The notes under the pieces are model-generated. The model worked only from the letters and a program-made list of their open reading frames with translations, did no database searches and had not been told where the DNA came from. A stretch of DNA of 64,000 nucleotides from the human T2T-CHM13v2.0 reference genome, Homo sapiens: assembly GCF_009914755.1 (NCBI RefSeq), contig NC_060928.1; one strand, 5' to 3'. The position numbers were made by a program, and so were the translations under genes. Of this stretch, positions 1 through 14,944 are shown in pieces (position 1 is the first letter of the stretch; each line of letters begins with the position of its first letter).

Positions 1-203
1 TCTGATGGTTTTAAAAACAGGAGTTTCCCTGCATAAGCTCTCTTCTCTTATCTGCCACCATATGAGATGTGTCTTTCACCTTCTGCCATGATTGTGAGGC
101 TTCCCCAGCCACGTGGAACTGTAAGTCCATTAAAACTCTTTGTTTTGTAAATTGCTCAGTCATGGGTATGTCTTTATCAGCAGTGTGAAAACAGACTAAT
201 CCA
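1..203 (+). mobile_element. THE1-type MaLR LTR, 3' part (cut by window edge)
   Basis: GCCATGATTGTGAGGCTTCCCCAGCCACGTGGAACTGTAAGTCCATTAAA...GGGTATGTCTTTATCAGCAGTGTGAAAACAGACTAAT matches the THE1 LTR 3' end. Confidence 0.9.
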
Positions 204-204
204 G

Positions 205-600
205 GAACTTATCAGCTAACTTACCTAAAATGTCCAGGGTTAGGTCTGGCTTTGCATATGACTGGATTTAGTCTCAAACAGTGTGCTACATCTTGGTTGC
301 TCTGTATCTAACTAGAAACTATAATTAGTTTATAATATTTCTAGTGTTGGCTTTATTTTCAGGCAGCCATTTCCCCATTTGTTGGGAAAGCTGCTTCTCC
401 ACAAGCCTCAATGAAACAAAATCTTTACACTTGAAATCCCAGAAGATCAAATGCCAGAGATCTGGGATAAAATATAAAGAAAGAATAAACAATCCAGAGG
501 GATCTTTACATATATCTAGAAGTGATGATTATAAAGGTCAATGAGAAAACTGGGTGAAAAATTTTCCTCACTGCAGAGACATTGAGAAAAGATCAGCCTC
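205..600 (-). mobile_element. Degraded MLT1-like MaLR LTR fragment
   Basis: Weak MLT1-like motifs (GTCCAGGGTTAGGTCTGGCTT, GTGTTGGCTTTATTTTCAGGCAG); boundaries approximate. Confidence 0.3.
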
Positions 601-639
601 TCAGCCTCTATGTTCAAAGAGTTTATTAAACTTAATATT

Positions 640-2657
<2,018 letters not shown>

Positions 2658-5600
2658 GGGAGATTAGGGAGACAAAGGTGGAGCAAGATGCTGAAGAGAA
2701 ACCTCCAATGATTGTCCCCCAACCCTGTATGAACATCAAATTGAACAAGTATCCACACAAAAAAAGCACCCTCATAAGAACCAAAAATCAGGTGAGTGAT
2801 CACAGTACCTGGTTTTAACATCATGATAAGGAAGAAGGCACTGGAGAGGTTATAAAAGACAGTCCTAAATGGCCTCCACCATGCCCTTCCACTCCCCAAC
2901 AGTGGCCATATTTTGCAGAGAGAGAGAATCGGTGCACTCAAGGGAGGGAGAGTGCACTGATTGCGTGACTGCACTGGAACTTGGAGCTTCCCTGTCATGG
3001 TGGAAAGCAAAATGGGGCAGAACTCAGCCAGCATGCTTGGAGGGAACAGTTGGACCAGCCCTGGACAGAGGCCAGTAGTCCATCCCAGAGGTAGGAATCT
3101 GAGTTCTGGCAATCCTTGCCACTATGGGCTAAGGTGCCCTGGGGTTCTTAATAAACTTAAAAAGCAGTGAAGGCCACAGTGACTGTAATTCCTGAGCAAG
3201 GACTGGTGCTGTGCTAGGCTTATAGTCAGTGGACTTGGGGTGCACATGAACTAGTGAGATACCAGCTGGGGTGTCCAAGGTAGTGCCTGCATCATCCCTC
3301 AGTCCAACCAAGGCAGCACAGCTCACAGCTACTGGAGAGATTCCTTCCTTCTGCTTTAGGAGACAGGAAAGGAGAATAAAGAGGACTCTGTCTTGCAACT
3401 TGGATACCAACTCAGCCACAGTAGAATAGGGCATCAGGGAGACTCCTGCAGTCCCCATTCCAGGCCCTAACTACCAGATGTCATTTCTAAACACGTCCTA
3501 GGCCAGGAGGGAACCCAGTGCCTTGAAGTGAAGAACCCAGTCCTGACAGTATCGCCTGCTATCTAAAGAGCCCTTGAGGTCTGAATAATCAGCAGTGGTA
3601 GCCAGGCAGTACTTGCTGCAAGCCTTGGGTGAGACAGAGCTGTACTGGCTTCAGGTGTGAGCCAGCACATTCCCAGCTGTGGTGGCTAGCGGACGAAAGA
3701 AGAGGGAAGAGTAAAGAGGAGTTTGTTTTACAGCTCGGGTACTAGTTCAGCCACAGCTGGGTAGAGCATTAAGTGGGCTGCTGGGGTCCCCAATTTCAGG
3801 CTTTATTTCCTGGATGGCATTTCTGGACCTGCCCTGGGCCAAATAGGAGCCCATTGTCCTGAAGGGACAAGCTCAGGAATGGCAGCATTCACCACAAGCT
3901 GACTGAAGAGCCCTTGGACCTTGAGTGAGCATCAGTGGTAGCAATGCAGTGGTCATTGTGGGCTTTGGGCAAGACGCAGTGCTGTGCTGATTTTGTATCT
4001 GACCCAGTGAAGTCCTAGTGGTGATGGCCACAAGGGTACTTGTAATCTGTCCTTCCAGCTCTAGGCAGCTCAGCAGAGAGAGATACTCCATTTGTTTGGG
4101 AGAAAGTAAGGGAAAATAACAAGAGTCTCTGCCTGGTAATCTAGGGAATTTTTCTAGATCTTATTCATGATCACTAAGATGGTACCTCTATTAGTCTGCA
4201 AGAGTGACAGCATTACTGGGTTTAGGGTGCACCCTAACGCAGATATAGCTGCAGTGGCCAAAAACTTAAATCGCAACACTCAAGTCCCTTTGAATACCTG
4301 GAAAGCCTTCCCAAGAAGGACAGGAACAAACAAGCCCAGACTGAAAGGACTATAATAAATACCTAATTCCTTAATGCTGAGACACCAATGAACATCTACA
4401 AGCATTCAGACAATCCAAGAAAATCATCTCACCAAACGAACTTCATAAGGCACCAATGACAAATCCTGGAGAGATAGAGACATGTGACCTTTCAGATGGA
4501 TAATTCAAAATAACTGTTTTGAGAAAGCTCAATGACATAGAGAAGGAATTCAGAGTCCTATTGATAACAAATAGATTGAAATAATTAAGAAGAATTGAGC
4601 AAATTCTGGAGCTGAAAAATGCAATAGGTGTACTGAAGAAAGCATCAAAATCTTTCAATTACAGAATTGATCAAGTAGAAGAATCAGTGAACTTGAATGC
4701 AAGCTACTTGAAAACATACGGCCTGAGGAACCAAAAGTATAAAGAACAAAAAAGAATGAAGTGTGCCTACAAGGACTAGAAAATAGCCTCAAATCTAAGA
4801 GTTACTAAAAGGGAGGTAGAGAGAGAAAGAAAGATTGCAGTAGAAAGTTTATAAAAGGGATAATGACAGAAAACTTCCCAAACCTAGAGAAAGATATCAA
4901 TATTCAAGTACAAGATTGTTATAGAAAACCAAGCAGATTTAACCCAAATAAGATTGTCTTAGGACATTTAGGAATCTAATTTCTAAAGGTCAGGGATAAA
5001 GAAAGGATACTAAAAGCAGCAAGAGAAAAGAAACAAATAACATACAAAAAAGCTCCAATACATTTGGCAGAAGACTTTTCGTGGAAACCGTACAGGACAG
5101 GAGAGAGTGGCATGACATATTTAAAGTGCGGAAGAAAAAAGAAAATCAAACATTTTTATTCCAGAATAGTGTATTTGGTGAAAATATCCTTCAAACATGA
5201 AGGAGAAATAAAAACTTTCCCAGACAAACAAAAGCTGAAGGATTTCATCAACATCACACCTGTCCAACGAAAAACGATAAAGGGAGTTCTTCAATCTGAA
5301 GGAAAAGGACATTGCTGAGCAATAAGAAATCATCTGAAGGTACAAAACTCACTAGCAACATTAAGTACATGGATAAACACAGAATACTGTAATACTGTAA
5401 TGGTGATGTGTAAAATACTCATATGTTGAGTATGATTAAAAGATGAACCTATTAAAGATATTATTACACAAAACTTTTCAAGACACACACAGGATAAACT
5501 TAAAGTATAGAGTTGTTATTAGTTTTCTCTTTGTTAGTTTGTTTCTTTACATAAGGTGTTATTTCTAAGCCTCATGGTAACCTCAAATAAAAAAAAATAC

Positions 5601-7046
5601 AACAGATACACAAAAATTAAAAGGTAAGAAATTAAAACACACCAGTTGAGAAAATCACCTTCACTCAAAGGAAGACAGGAATAAAGGAAAGAAGGAAGAG
5701 AAGACCACACAACAACCAGAAATCAGGTAACAAAATGGCAAGAGTACATCCTTACTTCTCAATAATAACACTGAATGCAAATGAACTAAACTTTAACCAA
5801 AACACATAGAGATAGTGGCTGAATGGATAAAAAACAAGACCCAATGAATTGTTGCCTACAAGAAACATAATTTACATATCGAGACACACATAGACTGACA
5901 ATAAAGGAATGAAAAAGATATTCTCTGCATATGGAAACCAAAAAAGACAAGGAGTAGCTATACTTATATCAGACAAAATAGATTTCAAGACAAAAACTAT
6001 AAAAAGAGATAAAGAAGGTTATTAAATAATGATAGAAAGGTCTATTTAGCAAGAGAATGTAACAACTATAAATATATATGCACCCAACACTGGAGCATCT
6101 CAATATATAAAGCAAATATTATTAGAGCTAAAGAGAGAGATAGAGCCCAATATAATAATAGCTAGAGACTCAAACACCCACTTGCAGCACTTGGACAGAT
6201 TACTCAGACAGAAAATCAATGAATAAATATCAGGCTTTATCTGCACTGTAGACCAAATGGACCCAATAAATATTTACTGAACATTTCATCCGACAACTGT
6301 AGAATACATATTCTTCTCCTAAGCACATGGATGGTTCTCAATAGACCATATGATAGGTGAAAACATAAGTCTTTAAAAATTTTAAAAATTGAAATTATAT
6401 CAGGTATTTCTACTGAACACAATGGAATAAAACTAGAAATCAATAACAGGAGGAATTGTGGAAGCTATACAAACATATGGAAATTCAAAAATATGCTCCT
6501 GAATGACCAATGATTAATGAAGAAACTAAGAAGAAAATTTAAAAATTTATTGAAACAAATGGTAATGGCACATAACATATCAAAACCTATGGGATACAGT
6601 GAAAGTAGTCCTAACAGGAAAGTTTATACCTATATGTGCCTACATCAAAAAGGTAGAAAAACTTCAAATAAGCAATCTGTTCATATATCTTAAAGAACTA
6701 GAAAAGAAAGAGCAAACCAAACCCAAACTTATTAGGAGAAAGGAATAATCAGAGCAGAAATAGGTGAAATTGAAACAAAAAATAGAAAAATTAACAAAAT
6801 GAAAAATTTGTTTCTTGTAAAAATTAACAAATTCAACAAACGTTTACCCCAAATAACTAAGAAAAAAAGAAAGGAGATACAAATAAATAAAATCAGAGAT
6901 GAAAAAGTAGATACAACAACTGGTAACACAAAAATTCAAAGGATTGATAGAGGGCACTGTGAGCAATTATATGCAATAAATTGGAAAGTCTAGAAGAAAT
7001 GGATAAATTCATAGACACATCCAACCTATCAAGATTGAACTATGAA

Positions 7047-7567
7047 ACTTTATTGTCAGGACTATATTAGGTGCTGAACCTTAATGTTATGTATTTGTTC
7101 TTATTAAAAATTGTTTCAATGAAAATTATATTAGCAGTATAAACTTCTGGTCTAGTTGAAAGTTATTCCATTTGAAAAACGTAATATTTGCATAGACCTG
7201 TTTGAGTATTTTTATTTTCTAGTCCCCCTCCCCTACACTGTACAGAATTGAAGCTAGAATTTTCTCTTTTGATAAAGGAACAAAAAATGAACACGTTATT
7301 TGTAAATTGATGTTTAATAACTTAGGAAAAACTTGAAATACTGAAATGTATTATAAGCCTTAATCCTAGGTAGTCTTAAAAAATAAATCTCTTAACTATC
7401 TTTTGAATCTGTATTCACACTATTTTCTAAGATATTTTAAGTTTTAATTTTTGCTTTTTTTGAATCTGCTTCTTATTTGAAGGCTACTTGTTTTTACTGA
7501 GGTATTATTAATAAATGACTGCATTTTAAAAATAAGGCTTCTTATAACTATGACTGGATGTGAATAT
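7047..7567. other. ~520 bp non-L1 AT-rich insert within L1MA ORF2
   Basis: L1 ORF2 stops at CAAGATTGAACTATGAA and resumes at AAAAAGCCTGAATAGACCC. The intervening T-rich DNA lacks L1 A-bias and matches no repeat I recognise. Confidence 0.75.
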
Positions 7568-8974
7568 GGAAAGCAAAAAAGCCTGAATAGACCCATAGCA
7601 AGTAGCAAGATCAAACCTATAATAAAAAGTCTCCCAAACAAAGAAAAACCTGGAAACTAATGGCTTTGCTGTTTAATTCTGCTAAACATTTAAAGAACTA
7701 ACACCAATCCCAGTCAAACTGTTTCAAAAAATAGAGGAGGAATGAATGCTATGAGGCCAGTACTATCCTGATATACAAACCAGGTTTGTTTGTTTTCAAA
7801 ACAAACAAACAAACAAACAGAAAACCCCTACACTACAATATTCCTAATGAATTGATAAAAAATCCTCAATGAAATACTAGCAAACAGAATTCAACAACAC
7901 ATTTAAAAAGATCGTTCATCATGACTAAGTGGGATTTAATTTAGTAATGTGAGGATTGCCTGACATATGAATATCAATTAATGTGATACATCATATCAAC
8001 AGAATAAAGGACACAAACCATATAATCATTTTAATTGATGATGAAAAAGCATTTGATAAAATTAAATATCCCTTCATGATAACCACCCCCTAAAATAAAA
8101 TATGGCTATAGAAGGAACACCTCAACACAACAAAAGTCATATACAACAGACTTACAGCTAGTATCACACTGAATAGGGAAAAACTAAAACCCTTTCCTCT
8201 GAGATCTGGGACATGACAAGATGCCCACTTTCACCACTCTTATTCAACATAGTATTGGAAGTCTTAGCTAGAGCAATCAGAAAAGAAAGATTAATAAAGG
8301 GCATCTACATTGGAAAGGAAGAAGTCAAATTATCCTTGTTTGCAGATAATATAATCTTATATTGGGGAAAACCTAAAGACTCCATGAAAAAACTATTAGA
8401 ACTAAAAAACAAATTCAGCAAAGTTGCAGGATGTAAAATCAACATACAACAATCAGTAGCATTTCTATATTTCAAAAGTGAACAATCTAAAAAAGAAATC
8501 AAGAAAGTGATTCCATTTACCATGGCTAAAAACAAAATTAAATACCTAGAAATAAGTTTAACTAAGGAAGTGAAATATCTCTAAACTAAAAACAATAAAA
8601 CATTGATGCAAGAAACTGAAGAGGACACAGAAAATGGAAAGATATTTCATGTAAATGGATTAGAAGAATCAATACTTTTAAAATTTCCATACTAACCAAA
8701 GCAATCTACAGATTCAATGCAATCCCTATCAAAATACCAATGACGTTTTTCACAGAAATAGAAGAAACAATACTATATGGGACCCCAACAATCTCAGAAT
8801 ATGCAAAGCTCTCTGTAGCAAAATTAATAAAACTGGACGAATCACACTACCTGATTTCAAATTACACTACAGACTTACAATAATTAAAAGAGCATGGTAA
8901 TGGCATAAAAACAGACACATAGACCAGTGGAACATAATACAGAACTCAGAAATAAATCCATACAGCTACAGTAA

Positions 8975-9240
<266 letters not shown>

Positions 9241-10538
9241 TGGTAAACTCATTTTTGACAAAAGTGGCAAGAATATAAACTACAGAAAAGACAGTCTCTT
9301 CAATAAATGGTGCTGGGAAAACTGGATATCCATAGGCAGAAGAATGAAATTAGATCTGTATCTCTTGCCATTTATAAAAATCAAGTCAAAATGAATTAAA
9401 GACTTACATCCAAGACCTGAAACTATGAAACTACTGAAAGAAAACACTGGAGAAACTCTCCAGGCCATTAGATTGAGCAAAGATTTTAATAATAACTGCA
9501 TTAATAATAATGCAGCCAAAGCAAAAATGGAAAAATGGGATCACGTCAAGTTAAAAAGTTTCTGCACAGCAAAGGAAACAACCAATGAACTGAAGAGACA
9601 ACACACAGAATGGGAGAAAATATTTGCAAACTAGCCATCTGACGATGATCAATAATCAAAATATATAAGCTCAAACTACTCAATAGGAAAAAAATCTAAT
9701 CCAATTTAAAAAATAGACAAGAGATCTGAAATGATATTTTTCAAAAGAAGTCATGCAAATGGCAAACAGGTATATGAAAAGCTCAACATCATTAATCATC
9801 AGATAAATGCAAATCAAAACTACAATGAGATATCATCTTACCCCAGTTAAAACGGCTTTTATCCAAAAGACAGGCAGTAACAAATGCCACTGGGGATGTG
9901 GAGAAAAGGGAACCCTTTTCAACTTGTACACTGTTGGTAGGAGTATAAATCAGTACAGCCACTATGGAGAACAGTTCAGAAGCTGCACAAAGGACTAAAA
10001 ATAGAGCTACCATATGATCCAGGAATCCCACTGCTAGGTTTATACACAAAAGAAAGGAAATCAGTATATTGAAGACATATCTGCATTCCCACGTTTACTG
10101 CAACACTATTCAGAATAACCAAGATTTGGAAGCAACCTAAGTGTCCGTCAACAGATGAATGGTTAAAAGAAAATGTGCTATATTCACACAATGGAATGCC
10201 ATTCAGAGATAAAAAAAAAAAAAAAAAAAAAAAAGAGGAATGAGATCCTGTCATTTGCAACAACACGGATGGACCTGGAGGTAACTATGTTAAGTGGAGT
10301 AAGCCAGCCACAGAAAGAGAAACTTCACATCTTCTTATGTATGGGAGCTAAAAAATTAAAACAATTGAACTCATGGAGATAGAGAGTAGAATGATGGTTA
10401 CCAGAGGCTGGGAGGGGTAGTGAGGGGTGGGTGGGTGATAAACAGGTACAAAAATATCATTAGAGTGAACAAGATCTAGTATTTGATGGCACAACAGGAT
10501 GACTACAGTCAAAAATAATTTATTGTATATTTTAAAAT

Positions 10539-11298
10539 TGAGAGACAGGACTAGCTGGATTTCCTAGCCTAAGAATTCCTAAACCTAGCTGGGGAAGGCG
10601 ACCACATCCAACTTTAAGCACGGGACTTGTAATTCAGCTCACCCTCGACCAATCAAGTAGTAAAGAGACCTCACTAAAATACCAATTAGGCTAAAAGCAG
10701 GAGGTAAAGAAATAGTCAATCATCTATCGCCTGAAAGCACAGGGGTAGGGACAATGATTGGGAAATAAACCCCCTGAGCATTGGAGCCAGCAGGGGCAAC
10801 CCCCTTTGGGTCCCCTCCTGTTGTATGGGAGCTCTGTTTTCACTCTGTTAAATCTTGCAACTGCACACTCTTTTGGTCCGTGTTTGTTCTGGCTCGAGCT
10901 GAGCTTTCGCTCGCCGTCCACCACTGCTGATTGTCACTGTCGCAGACCCACCACTAACTTCCACTCCTCCAGATCCAGCAGGGTGTCCACTGCGCTTCTG
11001 ATCCAGTGAGACGCCCACTGCTGCTCCCGATCAGGCTAGAAGCTCGCCATTGTTCCTGTGGGCTAAATGCCCGGGTTCATGCTAACTGAGATGAACACTA
11101 GTGGTTGGGTTCCACGGTTCTCTTCCATGACCCATGGCTTCTAATAGAGCTATAACACTCACCACATGGCCCAAGATTCCATTCCTTGGAATCCAGGAGG
11201 CCAAGAACCCCAGGTCAAAGAACAAAAGTCTTCCCGCCATCTTGGAAGCAGCCTGCCACCATCTTGGGAGCTCTAAGAACAAAGACCCGCCAGTAACA
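10539..11298 (+). mobile_element. HERV-W (LTR17) solo LTR
   Basis: Starts TGAGAGACAGGACTAGCTGGATTTCCTAG and ends GTAACA; complete U3-R-U5; 4-bp TSD AAAT (10535-10538 / 11299-11302); L1MA 3'UTR is contiguous across it. Confidence 0.95.
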
Positions 11299-11443
11299 AA
11301 ATAACTAAAAGAGTATAATTGAATTGATTGTAACACAAAGGAAGGATAAATACCTGAGTTGACGGATACCCCCATTTATGCTGTTGTAATCATTGTGCAA
11401 TGTATACATCTACTGTGTGCTCTCAAAAATAAAAAAATAAATT

Positions 11444-11849
11444 AAGAAAACAAGAGAGGTAAGAAAGCAGTCAGATGATATATTCAAAAAGTTGTAAGAT
11501 AAAAATAGCTATCAACCAGCAATTCGACATCCAGCACAGCAATCTTTCAAAAACTGAAGGTAAAATAAAGACACTTTCGATAAACAAAGACTGGGAGAAT
11601 TGCTGCTAGCAAGCTGGCTCTACAAGAAATTCCAAACTAAGTCCTCAGATGAAAAGTAAATGACTCCATATGATAACTGCAATCCATGGCAATAAATAAA
11701 CAGTGCTGCTCTAAGTTCTTATGTAGATAAATATGAAAGACAGTCTAATAATTATCTTTTCTTCTAAATTGATTTAAAAGAAAGCTGCATAAAACAATAA
11801 CTATAAAACTATTGTTGGGTTTATAACATGTAAAGGTATAACATACACA
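11444..11849 (+). mobile_element. Old L1M ORF1 3' end and inter-ORF region (continuation of 640-2657)
   Basis: GATATATTCAAAAAG...TCAACCAGCAATTC...GAAGGTAAAATAAAGACAC continues ORF1 where it broke at 2657. Confidence 0.75.
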
Positions 11850-12682
11850 TTTTTTTTTGTTTCTTCTGGAAAAAAAAAAAAAGGGTTACATGTGCAGAAC
11901 GTGCAGGTTTGTTACACAGGTATACATGTGCCATGGTGGTTTGCTGCACCTATTGACCCATCCTCTAAGTTCCCTCCCCTCAGTTCCCAACCCCCAACAG
12001 GCCCTGGCATGTGTTGCTCCCCTCTCTGTGTGCATGTATTCTCAATGTTCACCTCCCACTTATGAGTGAGAACATGCAGTGTTTGGTTTTCTGTTCCTGT
12101 GTTAGTCTGCTGAGGATAATGGCTTCCAGTTTCACCCATGTCACTGCAAAAGATATGGCCTCATTGCTTTTTATGGTTGCATGGTATTCCATGGTGTATA
12201 TGTACCACATTTTCTTTATCCAGTCTATCATTGATGCATATTTGTGTTGCTTCCATGACTTTGCTATTGTAAACAGTGCTGCAATAAGCATACGTGTGCA
12301 TATTTCTTTATAGTAGAATGATTTCTATTCCTTTGGGTATATACCCAGTAATGGGATCGCTTGTTCAGATGGTATTTCTGGTTCTAGATCCTCAAGGAAT
12401 CGCCATACTGTCTTCCACAATGGTTGAACTAATTTACATTCCCATCAACAGTGTAAAAGTGTTCCTATTTTTCCATAGCCTTGCCAGCATCTATTGTTTC
12501 CTTTCAATAATCACCATTCTGACTGGTGTGAGATGGTATCTCCTTGTGGTTTTGATTTGCCTTTCTCTGTTGATCAGTGATGTTGAGCTTTTTTTCATGT
12601 TAGTTGGCTGTGTAAATGTCTTCTTTTGAGAAGTGTCTGTTCATCTCCTTTGCCCACTTTTTGATGTTTTTTTCTTGTAAAT
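11850..12682 (-). mobile_element. 5'-truncated L1PA8-like 3' end
   Basis: Reverse L1PA 3'UTR (TTCTTCTGGAAAAAAAAAAAAAGGGTTACATGTGCAGAACGTGCAGG); ORF2 C-terminus 12049..12291 (WIKKMWYIYTMEY); TSD-like TAACATACA on both sides. Confidence 0.9.
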
Positions 12683-12696
12683 TAACATACAATTTT

Positions 12697-13427
12697 TATG
12701 AAGATATACATTTCCTTTCTCTTAAGAAGATACTTGTAAGTGGAATTCTGGGTAATATGGTAAATTTATGTTTTTACTTTTTTGCTTCATTTATATTGAG
12801 GCTCTGTTTTTAGGTATGTGTTCATACCTAAACACAAAGGTATGAACTTGATATGTGTTCATACTTGATACATTCCTTGTAATCATATTATCTCTAATAA
12901 TATTTTTCCTTAAAGTCTATTTTTGTGATTAGTTCAATTAGTATATAAACATCTTGCATATGTTTACTGTTTCAAGGCTTATCATTTTCCATTCTTTTAC
13001 TTTCAGCCTATTAGTGTCTATTAATCAAAATTATTTCTCTTATAGATTGCATATATTTTGATATTTTTTTAAAAATCCAGCCAGCTGGGTGCGGTGGCTC
13101 ATGCCTGTAATCTCAGCACTTTGGGAGGCTGAGGTGGGTGGATCATGAGGTCAGGAGATCGAGACCATCCTGGCTAACACTGTGAAACCCCGTCACTACT
13201 AAAAATACAAAAAATTAGCCGGGCGTGGTAGCGGACGCCTGTAGTCCCAGCTACTGGGAGGCTGAGGCAGAAGAATGGCATTAACCCAGGAGGTGGAGCT
13301 TGCAGTGATCTGAGATCGTGTCACTGCACTCCAGCCTGGGTGACAGAGCGAGACTCCATCTCAAAAAAAAAAAAAAAAAATCCATACTGACAATCTCTGC
13401 CTTTTTATTGGAGCATTTAATCTGTTA
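12697..13427 (-). mobile_element. Inverted copy of adjacent deleted L1M ORF2 segment
   Basis: Reverse complement aligns with 13643-14035, including the same EN-to-3'-end deletion junction; interrupted by AluY. Confidence 0.8.
13083..13380 (+). mobile_element. AluY
   Basis: GAGATCGAGACCATCCTGGCTAACAC, GGAGCTTGCAGTG; A-tail; TSD AAAAATCCA. Confidence 0.95.
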
Positions 13428-13429
13428 AT

Positions 13430-14312
13430 GATAATCATAGTGAAAAGAAAGAAGAAGATAGAGCTATGTTGGAGAGAAGTTTCTATGTTTTACTATATTT
13501 TGTATATTTTACTGAAATTTATTTTTAGTAATTTTAGATGGTACTAAAAGAAGAACAGAGGGATAGATCACATAAATATACAGAAATCAAATAGCAAAAT
13601 GGGAGACGTATATCTAACCATTTCAATAAGCATGTTAAATGTAAACAGACTAAGTGGTCCAATAAAAGGATAGAGATTGTCAGTATGAATTAAAAAACAG
13701 GATCAAAATACTTGTTGTCTATAAGAGAAGTAATTTAGATTCATAGACACAAACAGGCTGAAAGTAAAAGGATGGAGAATGATAAGCCTTTGGAATAATA
13801 ACCATATGCAAGTTACAGTTATTCTGCTAATATCACAAAAACAGGCTATAAGGAAAAAATATTACTAAAGATAAAATAACCAGAGGAAACATATAACAAG
13901 TATGAACAATGTATATCTAAAAACAGAGCTTTTACATACATATAAAGCAAACAAGTAAAAACCATAAATTTACCATATGACCCAGCAATTCCACTTACAA
14001 GTATCTACCCAAGAGAAAGGAAATATATATCCCCATGAATATAAATCCCCATTTGAATATTTATATTCAAATGTTCATAACAGCATTTTAAATTATAGCC
14101 CAAAGTGGAAAGAATCCAATGTCCATGAAATGGTGAACTGATAAACACATGTGGTATATACATAGAATGAAATACTATTCAGCAGTAAAAAGAAACTGAC
14201 TACGGACACAAGCTACTACATGGGTGGATCTCAAATACATTTTGCTAATTAAAAGAAGAGTCAAAAGTTAACATGTTGTATGAATACATTGACATGAACT
14301 GTTCAAAAAGCA
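13430..14312 (+). mobile_element. Old L1M ORF2 start joined by large deletion to ORF2 3' end
   Basis: EN-domain remnant (TAAATGTAAACAGACTAA...GAGATTGTCAG) jumps at ~13955 to ACCATATGACCCAGCAATTCCACT. Confidence 0.75.
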
Positions 14313-14345
14313 GAGCCAACATTATACTGAATGGGGAATAGTTGA

Positions 14346-14677
<332 letters not shown>

Positions 14678-14944
14678 CACTTTTACTACTCTTATTCAAC
14701 GTAGTACTGGTAGTACTAGCCAGAGGAATCAAGAAAGAGAAAGAAATAAAAGGCATCCAAATTGGAAAGGAGGAAGTCAAATTACCACTGTTTGCTGATG
14801 ACAAAATCTTACATCTAGAAAAACCTAAAGACTCCATGAAAAATCTCTTAGATTTGATAAATGGACTTACTAAAGTTTCAGGATAAAAAATCAACATATA
14901 AAAATCAGTAGCATTTCTATATACCAGTAATAATCTAGCTGAGA

